This document shows, in pieces, positions 1 to 8,827 of a stretch of DNA of 63,401 bases (position 1 is the first letter of the stretch; each line of letters opens with the position of its first letter). The notes under the pieces were generated by a model. That model worked only from the letters and a program-made list of their open reading frames with translations. It ran no database searches and was not told the DNA's origin. The DNA lies in IMG/VR virus record IMGVR_UViG_3300025154_000092, positions 1 through 63,401 of that record. One strand, 5' to 3'. The DNA comes from a virus (taxonomy: Duplodnaviria > Caudoviricetes). A program made the translations under genes and the position numbers.

Positions 1-4
1 CCCG

Positions 5-130
5 AAATTCCGGTGGGGTCTCCACCGATATAGCGGGAGTTGCGGTAGGAGATTCGCTGACGGCCAACGGGACGTATGTAACCAACGTGTCCGATAGGTG
101 CTGCGGCCCGACGATCACGAATTTCGGGAT
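5..130. repeat. Terminal direct repeat, left copy (circular assembly overlap)
   Basis: 126 bp identical to 63276-63401; implies a circle of 63271 bp. Confidence 0.95.
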
Positions 131-584
131 CGGGAGTCAGACAACAACTCAGATTCTTTCGGGGGTGACAACGGCCCTTGCATCGTCTCCCGATTTTATC
201 CTGATACAGGGTGGGGTAAATGACATTGCTTCGGCAGTGTCAGATCCTAATGCAACCATACAGTCAAACATCGCTACAATTTGTGATGCTGCTGTTCTCG
301 CTGGGGCCACACCGATACTTGTTAATATCAGTCCGTGGAAAGGGAGCGGAGGTTGGACGGCAGATAGACAGACATGGACGGACACCTACAATGCATGGCT
401 GGCCGGATATGCCACTGCGAACGGGTATCAGATGGCCGATGTTTATGCGGTCCTGGAAGATCCTGCAAACCCAGATACGCTGCTCCCTGCTTTTGACAGT
501 GACCACATCCATCCAAACACAGAGGGATACAAAATAATGGGCCTGGCGGTGTCTATCGCGGTACAGAATGCAGGACCGTGGTAA
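6..584 (+). CDS. SGNH/GDSL hydrolase (esterase) domain, in-frame continuation of the 62224-63267 gene across the circular junction
   Basis: Frame of ORF 87..584 is open back to base 6 and holds block I GDSLT (48-62), upstream of the called GTG start; also GGVND (block III) and DHIHPN (block V). Confidence 0.85.
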   Translation, partial: NSGGVSTDIAGVAVGDSLTANGTYVTNVSDRCCGPTITNFGIGSQTTTQILSGVTTALASSPDFILIQGGVNDIASAVSDPNATIQSNIATICDAAVLAGATPILVNISPWKGSGGWTADRQTWTDTYNAWLAGYATANGYQMADVYAVLEDPANPDTLLPAFDSDHIHPNTEGYKIMGLAVSIAVQNAGPW

Positions 585-781
585 GGCACGCAGTTATGTG
601 CACAGCGATCCAAAAATGTCCCAGCGGGTCATTGCGCGCTGCCAGCCGGCGTATTTGTAGGGGGTACGGAAATGGGACAGGGCCGGACCGGAGCTAGGCC
701 CTCCGGCCCGGACGAGCGAAGGCTCTCCCTGCCCTGGGAACATAAACTGCAATTAACGGGCCATTGAAAGGGTGTGCGGCC

Positions 782-1105
782 ATGGCTCTTTCAGCCGAAG
801 ACAAATCCGAGATTGTGTTGATCATCACGAACACGCTCAAGGGCGGCTGTCTCTGCGGCTTGAAGCAGGAAACGACTCAGGAGGTCGGGCATTTCTTTGC
901 CCGCCTGAAGGACTTGGGCGGCGGTAACCTCAACAGGGGCATCGAATGCTTCTCCGATGCTGTGGAGATGGTGGCTGGCGTCCGTGAGTTCGGTGCTAAG
1001 GTGGGCGGGGCAGTGGCCGTTGCGATCTGCCTGGCTCTCGTCGGCGGCGCGGGAACACTTTTGGTGCTGGGGATAAGAGCCTGGATCAAAAAGGTTGGAG
1101 GGTAA
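782..1105 (+). CDS. Membrane protein in lysis cassette (holin/antiholin-like)
   Basis: One C-terminal hydrophobic helix followed by basic tail; directly upstream of endolysin. Confidence 0.5.
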   Translation: MALSAEDKSEIVLIITNTLKGGCLCGLKQETTQEVGHFFARLKDLGGGNLNRGIECFSDAVEMVAGVREFGAKVGGAVAVAICLALVGGAGTLLVLGIRAWIKKVGG

Positions 1106-1107
1106 AA

Positions 1108-1581
1108 ATGGCCAGCAGAAAGATAGAGGATCTGACCGACACGCTTCAGGACCTGTATTACAAATTCGAATCAGCAATGGACGAAGCGGGGTTGCCGTTT
1201 GTGGTGACTCGCACGCTGTGCACTGCCAGGGAGCAGTTTGCGCTCTATGCGCAGGGTCGGTGCCCTCTGGTGATTACCAATCACCTACGCGAAATGGCCG
1301 ACCTGCCCCGGATCGCCGAGGCGGAGAACGGGCGCGTGGTCACCTGGACCTTGAAGTCGAACCACCTGCCGGTTTATCCAAGCGGCAAGGCGCGAGCCTT
1401 CGATATCGTGCTGCTAAACGGCGAAAGCAAGGCCAATTGGGATATAAAAGCCGACGTGAACGAGAACGAGATTCCAGACTACGAAGAGGCCGGGCGGATT
1501 GGAGAGGCGATAGGGCTCAAATGGGGCGGCCGCTTTTCCACTCCGGACCGGCCGCATTTCGAAGGTCCGGCAATGGCGTGA
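1108..1581 (+). CDS. Endolysin, peptidase M15 family (L-Ala-D-Glu peptidase-like)
   Basis: EQFALYAQGR, SNH...AFD, WGGRF..PDRPHFE motifs; SD GGAGG upstream. Confidence 0.88.
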   Translation: MASRKIEDLTDTLQDLYYKFESAMDEAGLPFVVTRTLCTAREQFALYAQGRCPLVITNHLREMADLPRIAEAENGRVVTWTLKSNHLPVYPSGKARAFDIVLLNGESKANWDIKADVNENEIPDYEEAGRIGEAIGLKWGGRFSTPDRPHFEGPAMA

Positions 1582-1630
1582 AAGTGAGAAACAGGAGAGT
1601 TGTGAACAACCTAAACGAAGGGAGGCTTTT

Positions 1631-2194
1631 ATGTCAGGAAAGAGTTTTCTTGTCAGTAAGACGTTCTGGGTCAATATTATCGCGCTGCTCGTGATGCTGG
1701 TGCAGACGCAAACGGGCTTTATCATCGATGTGGAGGAGCAGGCTGTAATACTCGGGGTGATCAACCTGATTCTCCGCTTTATCACAAAAGGGCCTGTAGG
1801 GTGGAAGAGCGAGGATTCGCAAAGCGGATTCGCCAACCTCGGGCTCGTGATACTTCTTTTTGCCCTGGTAGGCTTCATGTGCCAGTTCCAAGGGTGCACG
1901 AAGAACCTCCAGCTGGAGGATCCCCGATCGATGTCCGTGCAGGACGTCCGCCTGATCGCCACTACGACCTATAACAACATGTACGATTACCACGTGATGA
2001 AAAGCGGCATGGCGGGGCTCACCCAACAGGAAAAGGATGCGCTGAATGATGTGAAAAAGGCGCTGCAGGCAATCCGTGATCCGTTGAGGGAGTTCCAGCT
2101 CCTGGTGGACCGGGATATGAACCCCTCGCCGGAGTTGAGGAATAAGATCATCTTGTTCCTGGATCACTGGATGTACAAGCAACTGAGTCAATAA
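1631..2194 (+). CDS. Holin-like membrane protein fused to a putative lipoprotein domain
   Basis: N-terminal SKTFWVN..two hydrophobic helices..LRFIT, third hydrophobic stretch ending in QGC, then a soluble helical domain; SD GGAGG. Confidence 0.6.
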   Translation: MSGKSFLVSKTFWVNIIALLVMLVQTQTGFIIDVEEQAVILGVINLILRFITKGPVGWKSEDSQSGFANLGLVILLFALVGFMCQFQGCTKNLQLEDPRSMSVQDVRLIATTTYNNMYDYHVMKSGMAGLTQQEKDALNDVKKALQAIRDPLREFQLLVDRDMNPSPELRNKIILFLDHWMYKQLSQ

Positions 2195-2220
2195 TCCTGG
2201 ACGAAAGGGGGGAATGGCCA

Positions 2221-2373
2221 ATGGATTACGTGATGATAGCCCAAGGACTGCTTCAGCTTTTCTTTGCGGCGACTGCGGCCGCGAACATGAGCGAAGACGA
2301 AAAAAAGGCGATGTACGAGGAAGAAAAGAGGAAGTTCGACGAGAAGGATCCGGCGCTGCTCGAGGACCACTGA
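2221..2373 (+). CDS. Small hypothetical protein (50 aa), last gene of lysis cassette
   Basis: MDYVMIAQGLLQLFFAATAAANMSEDEKKAMYEEEKRKFDEKDPALLEDH; G-rich SD-like run upstream; ends just before terminator; below ORF-track cutoff. Confidence 0.6.
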   Translation: MDYVMIAQGLLQLFFAATAAANMSEDEKKAMYEEEKRKFDEKDPALLEDH

Positions 2374-2384
2374 GGGGCCGCGTT

Positions 2385-2406
2385 ATTAGACAAAAGTATT
2401 AGACAA
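2385..2406. repeat. Putative integrase arm-type sites, left of att core
   Basis: ATTAGACAA at 2385-2393 and 2398-2406; same motif on the other side of the core. Confidence 0.6.
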
Positions 2407-2409
2407 TGA

Positions 2410-2450
2410 AAAAGGCCACTTTCCGGTAAGTGGCCTTTTGTTTGTTCTTT
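2410..2450. terminator. Bidirectional intrinsic terminator
   Basis: AAAAGGCCACTT-TCCGGT-AAGTGGCCTTTT with A-run before and T-rich run after, between convergent lysis genes and integrase. Confidence 0.85.
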
Positions 2451-2462
2451 CAGCGCTTTAAC

Positions 2463-2510
2463 TGGTGGAGCTGGACGGGATCGAACCGACGACCTCTTGA
2501 ATGCCATTCA
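2463..2510 (-). mobile_element. attP core: 3' half of tRNA-Ala(GGC), anticodon arm to CCA
   Basis: Minus strand reads TGAATGGCATTCAAGAGGTCGTCGGTTCGATCCCGTCCAGCTCCACCA: anticodon GGC, T-loop GGTTCGA, CCA end; no 5' half; adjacent to integrase. Confidence 0.9.
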
Positions 2511-2613
2511 TTCCACGTATTGACGCGGATTTACAACCTGTTGAAATTACTGCGTTGAAGTTGTCGGAATTTGACGCAGGATCAATATGGTTCCCGGTTG
2601 TTCACACCGTGTC

Positions 2614-2632
2614 ATTAGACAATGTTAGACAG
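2614..2632. repeat. Putative integrase arm-type sites, right of att core
   Basis: ATTAGACAA (2614-2622) and GTTAGACAG (2624-2632). Confidence 0.6.
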
Positions 2633-3737
2633 CGGCCGGAGAATTTCTCCGGCGTTTTTGTTTGCGCGGGTGGAGATCGGGCAGTTTGGTAGCCTGGGTT
2701 TTACGGATATCCCGGGCGAGGTGGGTGTAGACCTTGATGATCATGCTGACGTCGACGTGGCCGACTGTTTCGGCGAGCTCCATGATGTCCGTGCCGGCGG
2801 CCAGGGCATAGGTGATGTAGTAGTGGCGGATATCCTGGAGGCGGATCCGGCGGGCGATGCCGGCGGCCGTCTTTGCCTCGGTCCAGGCGCGTTTGACGGA
2901 TTTGACCGGGCGGCCGTTGAAGTGGCAGATGTAGGGGCAATTGGGGAAGTCCTTCGTTTGTGCCTTCTGCCGGGCCCTGAGACGGCGCAGGAAGGCTTTA
3001 TCGATCGGAACGGTACGGAAGCTGCCTGCCGTTTTGGATCCGCGGACCCTGAGCCTGCCTGTTTTAAAATCGAGATCGCTCCAGAGGAGTGCGAAGAGCT
3101 CGCTTTTGCCTGTGCGGACCCCTGTGTAGTAGGCAACCTCCATGATCCAGGCGAGGTGCGCGGGCGCCTGGGCGAGAATGCGGCGGAATTCATCGATGGA
3201 GAAGAGCTCGAGCTTGAATTTCTGGTGCTTGGTGCGCAGGTTCTTGCGTTCGCTCCAGGGGTTTTGGTGGATGGCGATGTCGGGCCGGCTTGCTGCCCAA
3301 TCCCATATTTTGCGGAGATAGTGCATGTAGGTGTTGATGGTGCGGTTTGTGAGGGGCGCCTTGTAGATATGGGTCTGCCGGCCCTTCATGGAGTCTTCGA
3401 CCAGGGCGCAGTCGAGCATGGCGATGGCGCTGATGGGCTTCTTGAACAGGTGAGTGGTGTAGGTGTTGACGGCATAGAGGATGCCGTAGCGGGTGCTTTT
3501 GCTGAGCTCGTTCTTGCGGTCGATGATGTAGAGCTGCACGAGCTCCTGCCAGGTTAAGGAGGAAGACGGCCGCTGGATGGGCCGTGATTTTCGTTTCTGC
3601 AGCTTGATTTCAAGGTCGCGGGTTTCGGCGGCATGCGTCGACTCGGGATCCCTGCCGAACGATTCCCAGACTTGCTTGCCCTTATCGTCGTAGTAGACGC
3701 AGAAGACCCTGCCGTCGGGCTTGGTGTGGACGGACAC
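2625..3737 (-). CDS. int: Tyrosine integrase
   Basis: YYTGVR..ELFALLWSDLD, QDIRH (HxxR box with Q for H), VGH..SMIIKVY; 370 aa; next to tRNA-derived attP. Confidence 0.93.
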   Translation of the reverse strand: MSVHTKPDGRVFCVYYDDKGKQVWESFGRDPESTHAAETRDLEIKLQKRKSRPIQRPSSSLTWQELVQLYIIDRKNELSKSTRYGILYAVNTYTTHLFKKPISAIAMLDCALVEDSMKGRQTHIYKAPLTNRTINTYMHYLRKIWDWAASRPDIAIHQNPWSERKNLRTKHQKFKLELFSIDEFRRILAQAPAHLAWIMEVAYYTGVRTGKSELFALLWSDLDFKTGRLRVRGSKTAGSFRTVPIDKAFLRRLRARQKAQTKDFPNCPYICHFNGRPVKSVKRAWTEAKTAAGIARRIRLQDIRHYYITYALAAGTDIMELAETVGHVDVSMIIKVYTHLARDIRKTQATKLPDLHPRKQKRRRNSPAAV

Positions 3738-3743
3738 GGCTCG

Positions 3744-4205
3744 CTACTCCCCGTTTGCGCGGTTCTTTGGCCGGAGAGCCACAATGAGACCGTCGAGAAC
3801 GCCTTTGACGTAGATGAGCTTTTCGGGATCGATGGATTCGAGCGCCAGGAGCCGGGCGTTGATCTCTCTGGCCAGGTCTTTGTTTTGGAATCGCTGGATG
3901 ATGTCAGTGTGTGCGATCCGATCGGCCAGGGAAAGCACGTTGTTCGACTCTGCTGCAGGCGGCGGGTCTTGCGATTCGGGGCTGCAGAGCCATTCTTGAC
4001 TCACGTTAAACACAACACATATTCGATCGAGGGTGTCCGGATCCGGCCGGTTCATGTCTTTGCGGTAGATGTTCCACTTGCCGATCCGGGCGCTGAAGTC
4101 CCGCTTTTTCAGGCCTGCGCGGAATCTGAGTGTGTCGAGCTTGGCAAAGAAGATCGCCCATTCTTCTTTTTTCCACACCGGCTTCTGGCAAAAAGATACT
4201 TTCAT
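3744..4205 (-). CDS. Immunity repressor (XRE-type HTH); start uncertain
   Basis: LRFRAGLKKRDFSARIG...PDPDTLDRICVVFNVSQEWL; divergent from Cro-like gene, upstream of integrase. Confidence 0.72.
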   Translation of the reverse strand: MKVSFCQKPVWKKEEWAIFFAKLDTLRFRAGLKKRDFSARIGKWNIYRKDMNRPDPDTLDRICVVFNVSQEWLCSPESQDPPPAAESNNVLSLADRIAHTDIIQRFQNKDLAREINARLLALESIDPEKLIYVKGVLDGLIVALRPKNRANGE

Positions 4206-4217
4206 GGCATTTTCCGC

Positions 4218-4247
4218 TTGACACATGTTTAACGCATGCTGTATATA
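4218..4247 (+). promoter_or_regulatory. Putative sigma70 rightward early promoter
   Basis: TTGACA at 4218-4223 and TATATA at 4242-4247 in the repressor/Cro gap. Confidence 0.45.
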
Positions 4248-4281
4248 CGCTGTGTAATAATCAAAACTTGGAGCAGATTGT

Positions 4282-4578
4282 ATGTGTAACACAAATAGCA
4301 CAAAGACAAAAGGCGAAATCAACACGGAAACCCTGCGGTTTCTGAAGCAGCGGTATCCGTGGAAGACGGTGCGCCAGGTTATGCCGATGCTGGCCGGCTT
4401 CACAATCCGGGCGATGGCAAAGGAGCTCGGAAAGTCGCAGCCTCAAATTTCCCAGCATATTCATATGCTCAAATACCGGAGCAACGCCGAGCTGCGGTCG
4501 AGCATTGCGCGGCTGATTGAGGTGCCGAGGGAAGAGTTGTTCGAAAAGGATGACGGAGACCATGGGCCGCATGAATAG
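4282..4578 (+). CDS. Cro-like HTH regulator
   Basis: TIRAMAKELGKSQPQISQHI HTH and IARLIEVPREELF; divergent from repressor. Confidence 0.7.
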   Translation: MCNTNSTKTKGEINTETLRFLKQRYPWKTVRQVMPMLAGFTIRAMAKELGKSQPQISQHIHMLKYRSNAELRSSIARLIEVPREELFEKDDGDHGPHE

Positions 4579-4708
4579 CCTCTTTGTTTCGGGCTGTCAG
4601 CACCAAAGGTAAGCGCGGATTTGGACTCCGGATTTGTAGCGCAAATTTCCAGCACGAATTTCGGGCACTAATTTGGATGCGGTTTTTTGTGTCGAGGGGG
4701 AGACAAGC

Positions 4709-5053
4709 ATGCGGGAAACCTACGGGGAGCTCCTTACGGATCTGGTGGACAGCATGGCCCGATACGAAGAGCGGGCCGAGATCTTTCGCCGGAACGACAT
4801 TTCACGAAACCACTTTTACAACGTAACCAACCCCAACCGTGAATCGAGCGGCGGGAAGCCCTACCCCTGCCCCACAGAATGGGGAGTGCGGCTGACCCGG
4901 GACAGTGCGAACTTTGTATGGATCAAGGCTGTCGCAAAGGACTGCGGCGGCCTTTTTATTTCTCCGGAAGACATCGAGGGCCTCCAGGAGGTGGAGCCGG
5001 AAAAGGCGCTGGAGGTGCTCAAGAAGATCGTGAGCGTTTTGAAGAAGCGATAA
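4709..5053 (+). CDS. CII-like phage regulatory protein
   Basis: Position after Cro; HFYNVTNPN...WGVRLTR...AKDCGGLF pattern reminiscent of CII-type regulators; SD GAGGGGGAG. Confidence 0.45.
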   Translation: MRETYGELLTDLVDSMARYEERAEIFRRNDISRNHFYNVTNPNRESSGGKPYPCPTEWGVRLTRDSANFVWIKAVAKDCGGLFISPEDIEGLQEVEPEKALEVLKKIVSVLKKR

Positions 5054-5067
5054 GGCGGAGACCGCGC

Positions 5068-5253
5068 ATGAAGATGCTCAAAGACAAGACTTCCGACAGG
5101 AATTCACAGGTCCAGAAAGATGCCGAGGCACAACTCAGCTTCGACGACGTGCACCAATTCCGGGGGTTGTTGACGGCCCTGTTGTCCCTTTATGTTCCGC
5201 CGCGTTTGTGGGCGGAACTTGTCAGGAAGAGCGCGGAGTATCTGGGGAAGTAA
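5068..5253 (+). CDS. Hypothetical protein
   Basis: GGAG upstream of ATG; packs into early operon. Confidence 0.5.
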   Translation: MKMLKDKTSDRNSQVQKDAEAQLSFDDVHQFRGLLTALLSLYVPPRLWAELVRKSAEYLGK

Positions 5254-5378
5254 AAGGGCGTGGGGCTGAAGTTATCCGGACTGAGGAACCATGGGGCAGT
5301 GCCCCAAAAAATTTTTACCTAAATTCATACGTACATAGAAACCCTACTATCCGGACTACATAGCGCAGGGAAAGCGTA

Positions 5379-5603
5379 GTGCTTAAAGAAAGCGAATTGC
5401 TCAAATCCTTACGCTTTGACGGTCCCATAGACCCCGATGGGGTCCCAAAAGTGAGAAGGAGGCTGGAGGATCGACTCCGGAAATCGGATCCCCAGATAAT
5501 CCTCGGGCTGGCCAGAGAATTTGGCTGCCTATTCCCGCCACAAAAGAAAGGAGAAGAACCCCATGATCATGATCGACGTAAGGAGAAGGATCGCCTCCGA
5601 TAG
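5379..5603 (+). CDS. Hypothetical protein
   Basis: ORF track; operon packing. Confidence 0.5.
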   Translation: MLKESELLKSLRFDGPIDPDGVPKVRRRLEDRLRKSDPQIILGLAREFGCLFPPQKKGEEPHDHDRRKEKDRLR

Positions 5604-5796
5604 CTGCGCGACAGAGCTGCACGTGTTTGCGCAGAGGATCGGCCTCGGACAGAGGGAGTTTGACACCGACGGCCGGATCCTGAAAGGCAAACCTGTTTAT
5701 TTGCTGCCCCTGAGGCATCGGCTGCGGCTGGCCATTCAGGCGGGGGCGTCGCCCGTGGCCATAGCTGAGCTGGAGAAGAGGGCGGTGGAACGATGA
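5563..5796 (+). CDS. Hypothetical protein
   Basis: SD AGGAG; ATGA overlap with next gene. Confidence 0.55.
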   Translation: MIMIDVRRRIASDSCATELHVFAQRIGLGQREFDTDGRILKGKPVYLLPLRHRLRLAIQAGASPVAIAELEKRAVER

Positions 5797-6188
5797 TGGA
5801 GCGACGCGCTTTCCTGAAACTGACAGGCATGGCGGCTATTACGGCAGCACTACCCCGCTGGATGATAGCAGATGCCGCCAAGTCGGTTGATGATGCCTTC
5901 CGTGAAATCAAGTTCAACCCAGGATGCGAGTATAGCCGTGCAGTAGCCTTTTACGGAAATTTTGATCAGGCCTATGTAATTTCGTGCCTAGCAAAAAACC
6001 TTCAACAATATGTTCCCGGGCGATACCTGTTGAAGGTGCAGTTCAGAAGGTTGATGCCCGCAGACTTCGGAAGATATCACAAGATAGCCTGGGTCTACTC
6101 TCCTGGGAATCCTAAAGGTTACCTGGGTGTGCACGGCAAATGGGCTTATCAGGCTTCGGACGGGTATTTCCTTTGGGTCAAGGCGTGA
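5793..6188 (+). CDS. Hypothetical protein with twin-arginine (Tat)-like N-terminus
   Basis: MERRAFLKLTGMAAITAALP. Confidence 0.6.
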   Translation: MMERRAFLKLTGMAAITAALPRWMIADAAKSVDDAFREIKFNPGCEYSRAVAFYGNFDQAYVISCLAKNLQQYVPGRYLLKVQFRRLMPADFGRYHKIAWVYSPGNPKGYLGVHGKWAYQASDGYFLWVKA

Positions 6189-6201
6189 AAGGAGAAACTA
6201 C

Positions 6202-6357
6202 ATGGAAGAATTGGAAGAGGACGGAGGACAAACCAAGCGGCCGTGTGAGCGATGCCATGAGGAAGCGTGGTGTGAAGAGATCCCCATGCACGGCTACACC
6301 GAGTTCTTATGTAGGAAGTGCGCTGCTGCGGCTTATCACTGCGGGGACGCTGTATGA
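6202..6357 (+). CDS. Small zinc-finger-like protein
   Basis: CERC...CRKC; SD AGGAG. Confidence 0.55.
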   Translation: MEELEEDGGQTKRPCERCHEEAWCEEIPMHGYTEFLCRKCAAAAYHCGDAV

Positions 6358-6637
6358 ACTTTGTCCGGGTCCATAAGCCTCCACGAAGATGCCGCATGCT
6401 GATGAGATTGGGACCTATCGGCACATGGAGCGCCAAATGTAGGTGGCTTTTCTACCGGTCGCTTTTCAGGTACCTGCGGGAACCGTCCCAGCAATTGCTC
6501 TTCCACGATGTGTTGGAGGCGTTGCGGGGCGGAGAGTTCGGAACGATAGAGAACTTTCGAATTGTTACCCACTACTCACCGCCGGTGATCGACAGGGAGA
6601 TTTTGGGAGAACTTTCTGAACCACCAAGGAGGAAACC

Positions 6638-6877
6638 ATGTTGCAAGTTGAAATCGAATACAGGGCAACGGGCCCGCTCTCGCGCAAGAGAACGCTATAT
6701 GCCCTCGAAGAGGTTGTGGAGAAGGCAGTATCGTTAGAGGAAGCGGCAAGGGCAGTGAACGGGATCCCGATGCTCGCGGCATACCGGGGCGGCAGCCATG
6801 TTGCGGTGCATCCGGCGAATGGCATGGGCGGATTTGAGAACGGTAGCCGTAGGTTGGCGATTGTGACGGAGGGATAA
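6638..6877 (+). CDS. Hypothetical protein
   Basis: Strong SD AAGGAGG before ATG. Confidence 0.6.
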   Translation: MLQVEIEYRATGPLSRKRTLYALEEVVEKAVSLEEAARAVNGIPMLAAYRGGSHVAVHPANGMGGFENGSRRLAIVTEG

Positions 6878-7002
6878 CCCCCATGATGAACAACGGAACG
6901 CGGGCTTTGGTTAGGGCGAGCATCGAGGGAGCGATCGAGCTGGCACTTAGGGTATTTCTTCTGATTGCGCTGCTGAAATACATTTTTTCGTGAGGGCAGG
7001 AC

Positions 7003-8463
7003 ATGGGCGAGGTGATCAGGGCGGCGGATTTATTTTGCGGGGCGGGCGGAACGTCGACCGGGTTGGTAGAGGCGTGCAAGGCGATGGGGAGGAAGCTGGA
7101 CCTGGTCGCAATCAATCATTGGGAAATTGCCCTCCTGAGCCATAAGCAGAATCATCCCGATGCGCGGCACATATGGGCGTACCTGGAAAGCCTGAACCCG
7201 CGCGAAGTTGTTCCCGGGCAGGCGCTGGATATCCTCGTGGCGTCGCCGGAGTGCATCTTTCACTCCAATGCCCGGGGTGGAAAACCGATTCAGGAGCAAT
7301 TGAGGGCCTCGGCCTGGTGCGTGCTGCGCTGGGCCGAGGCTTTGCAGCCTAAGAGCGTGCTGATCGAGAACGTGCCGGAGTTCCGGAAATGGGGTCCGCT
7401 TGGGACTGATGGGAAGCCGATCAAGGGCAGGGAGGGTGAAACGTATCAGGCGTACCTGAATGCCCTGCGGTCGCTTGGGTATGCGGTGGATGACAGCATC
7501 CTCAATGCTGCGAACTATGGGGATGCAACCAGCAGGCGCAGGCTCTTCATCATGGCCAGCAAAAGCGCGGAGCGGGTTGAATGGCCGAAGCATACGCACA
7601 GCGAACACGGTGAAAACGGTTTGCCGCGGTGGAAGTCGGCCCGGGAGATCATTGATTGGTGCGTGAAGGGGGAGAGCATATTCCATCGTGCCCGGCCGTT
7701 GGCGCCCAGGACAATCGACCGCATAGCGCATGGGCTGCGTAAGTTCGGCGGCGCCAACGCGGAACCCTTTCTTGTCATGCTTTACGGCAGCAATAACGTC
7801 CGGTCGGTTTATCGGCCCCTGCCCACTGTGACGGCCGGCGGGAATCACATCGGACTCTGCGAACCCTTTCTGTGTTCGGTGAATCATGGCGGAGGCGGGG
7901 ACCGGAGTTATGGCCTGGGGAAACCTCTGCCCACTGTGACCACCAAGAACGGCTATGCCCTTGTTGAGCCGTTCATCCTGCCCCATGCCCACGGCAAAGA
8001 CCTGGATGAGATCCTGCGCAATACGCCTGCCAGGAGCATCGATCGGCCGCTGCAGACAATTACCGCCAACAGCTCGAATCATATCGGCCTGGTGGAGCCC
8101 TTCATTACGATCATGAAGGGAAAAAGCACGGTCCGTGCGATCGATGACCCTTTGCCTACGGTTACGACTCAAGGGCACCTGTATCTGTGTGAGCCGTTTC
8201 TTGTCAAATACAACGGGACAGGGAAGGCGAATTCTGTTCATGAGCCGTTGGATACGATCACTACCAAACATCGCTTCGGCCTCGTGGAGCCTGTGCGGAT
8301 GGATATCCTTTTCCGGATGCTGCAGCCTCACGAGCTCGCGGCCGCGATGTCGCTGAAGGGGTACAAGTTTGCGGGAAGCAAGAGGGACGTAATCAAACAG
8401 ATTGGGAATGCGGTGCCTGCAGAGATGGCGCAGAAGCTGTGTGAAGCGCTGTTGGCGGCGTGA
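7003..8463 (+). CDS. C5 cytosine DNA methyltransferase
   Basis: DLFCGAGG (motif I), SPEC (motif IV variant), IENVPEF (motif VI), RRRLF, QIGNAVP (motif X); about five internal PL.T.T...L.EPF repeats. Confidence 0.92.
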   Translation: MGEVIRAADLFCGAGGTSTGLVEACKAMGRKLDLVAINHWEIALLSHKQNHPDARHIWAYLESLNPREVVPGQALDILVASPECIFHSNARGGKPIQEQLRASAWCVLRWAEALQPKSVLIENVPEFRKWGPLGTDGKPIKGREGETYQAYLNALRSLGYAVDDSILNAANYGDATSRRRLFIMASKSAERVEWPKHTHSEHGENGLPRWKSAREIIDWCVKGESIFHRARPLAPRTIDRIAHGLRKFGGANAEPFLVMLYGSNNVRSVYRPLPTVTAGGNHIGLCEPFLCSVNHGGGGDRSYGLGKPLPTVTTKNGYALVEPFILPHAHGKDLDEILRNTPARSIDRPLQTITANSSNHIGLVEPFITIMKGKSTVRAIDDPLPTVTTQGHLYLCEPFLVKYNGTGKANSVHEPLDTITTKHRFGLVEPVRMDILFRMLQPHELAAAMSLKGYKFAGSKRDVIKQIGNAVPAEMAQKLCEALLAA

Positions 8464-8783
8464 GGAGGGAGAGCATGGGGCTACGAAACTTTGCAAGGAC
8501 CTTTCTTAGTGATGTTCGGTATTTGTTTCGGCAGCCGGATGAGCCCGGGCGGTCGCTGGCCGAGCATGTGCTTGCGCTGGCCGATGACGCCTATCTAGCC
8601 GGGCATCCGGAGTGGCGCGAGATTGTAAGGGAGGCTGTAGGCGTGCTGAACATCGACAGATCCTGGGATGAGTGCCAGATATGCGGTGAGCCGGTAAGAC
8701 ATGCACCCGGCCCGCGCAATCCTCAGCCATATTACTGCCTGAGACATCGGCATCTTATGCCCAGGAAGAGGGAGTTTGCTTAG
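8460..8783 (+). CDS. Hypothetical protein with C-terminal zinc-finger-like motif
   Basis: CQIC...YCLRH; overlap with MTase stop. Confidence 0.55.
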   Translation: MRRESMGLRNFARTFLSDVRYLFRQPDEPGRSLAEHVLALADDAYLAGHPEWREIVREAVGVLNIDRSWDECQICGEPVRHAPGPRNPQPYYCLRHRHLMPRKREFA

Positions 8784-8827
8784 CGAAGCGCCTATGAACC
8801 GTTCCGGTCCGGAGAAAGGAGAGCTAA

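Noticed and set aside
1-9. First four bases (CCCG) differ from the matching end copy (GGAT), and 1-9 is the reverse complement of 120-128
   Set aside because: Most simply a fold-back or chimeric read end at the contig edge; too short to support an invertible segment
2463-2510. Functional tRNA gene
   Set aside because: Only the anticodon arm to CCA is present; no D-arm or 5' acceptor strand, so it is an att core
6991-7005. TGA of a small membrane ORF in frame with the methyltransferase start
   Set aside because: MTase has its own ATG and complete motif I; no SECIS-like hairpin seen
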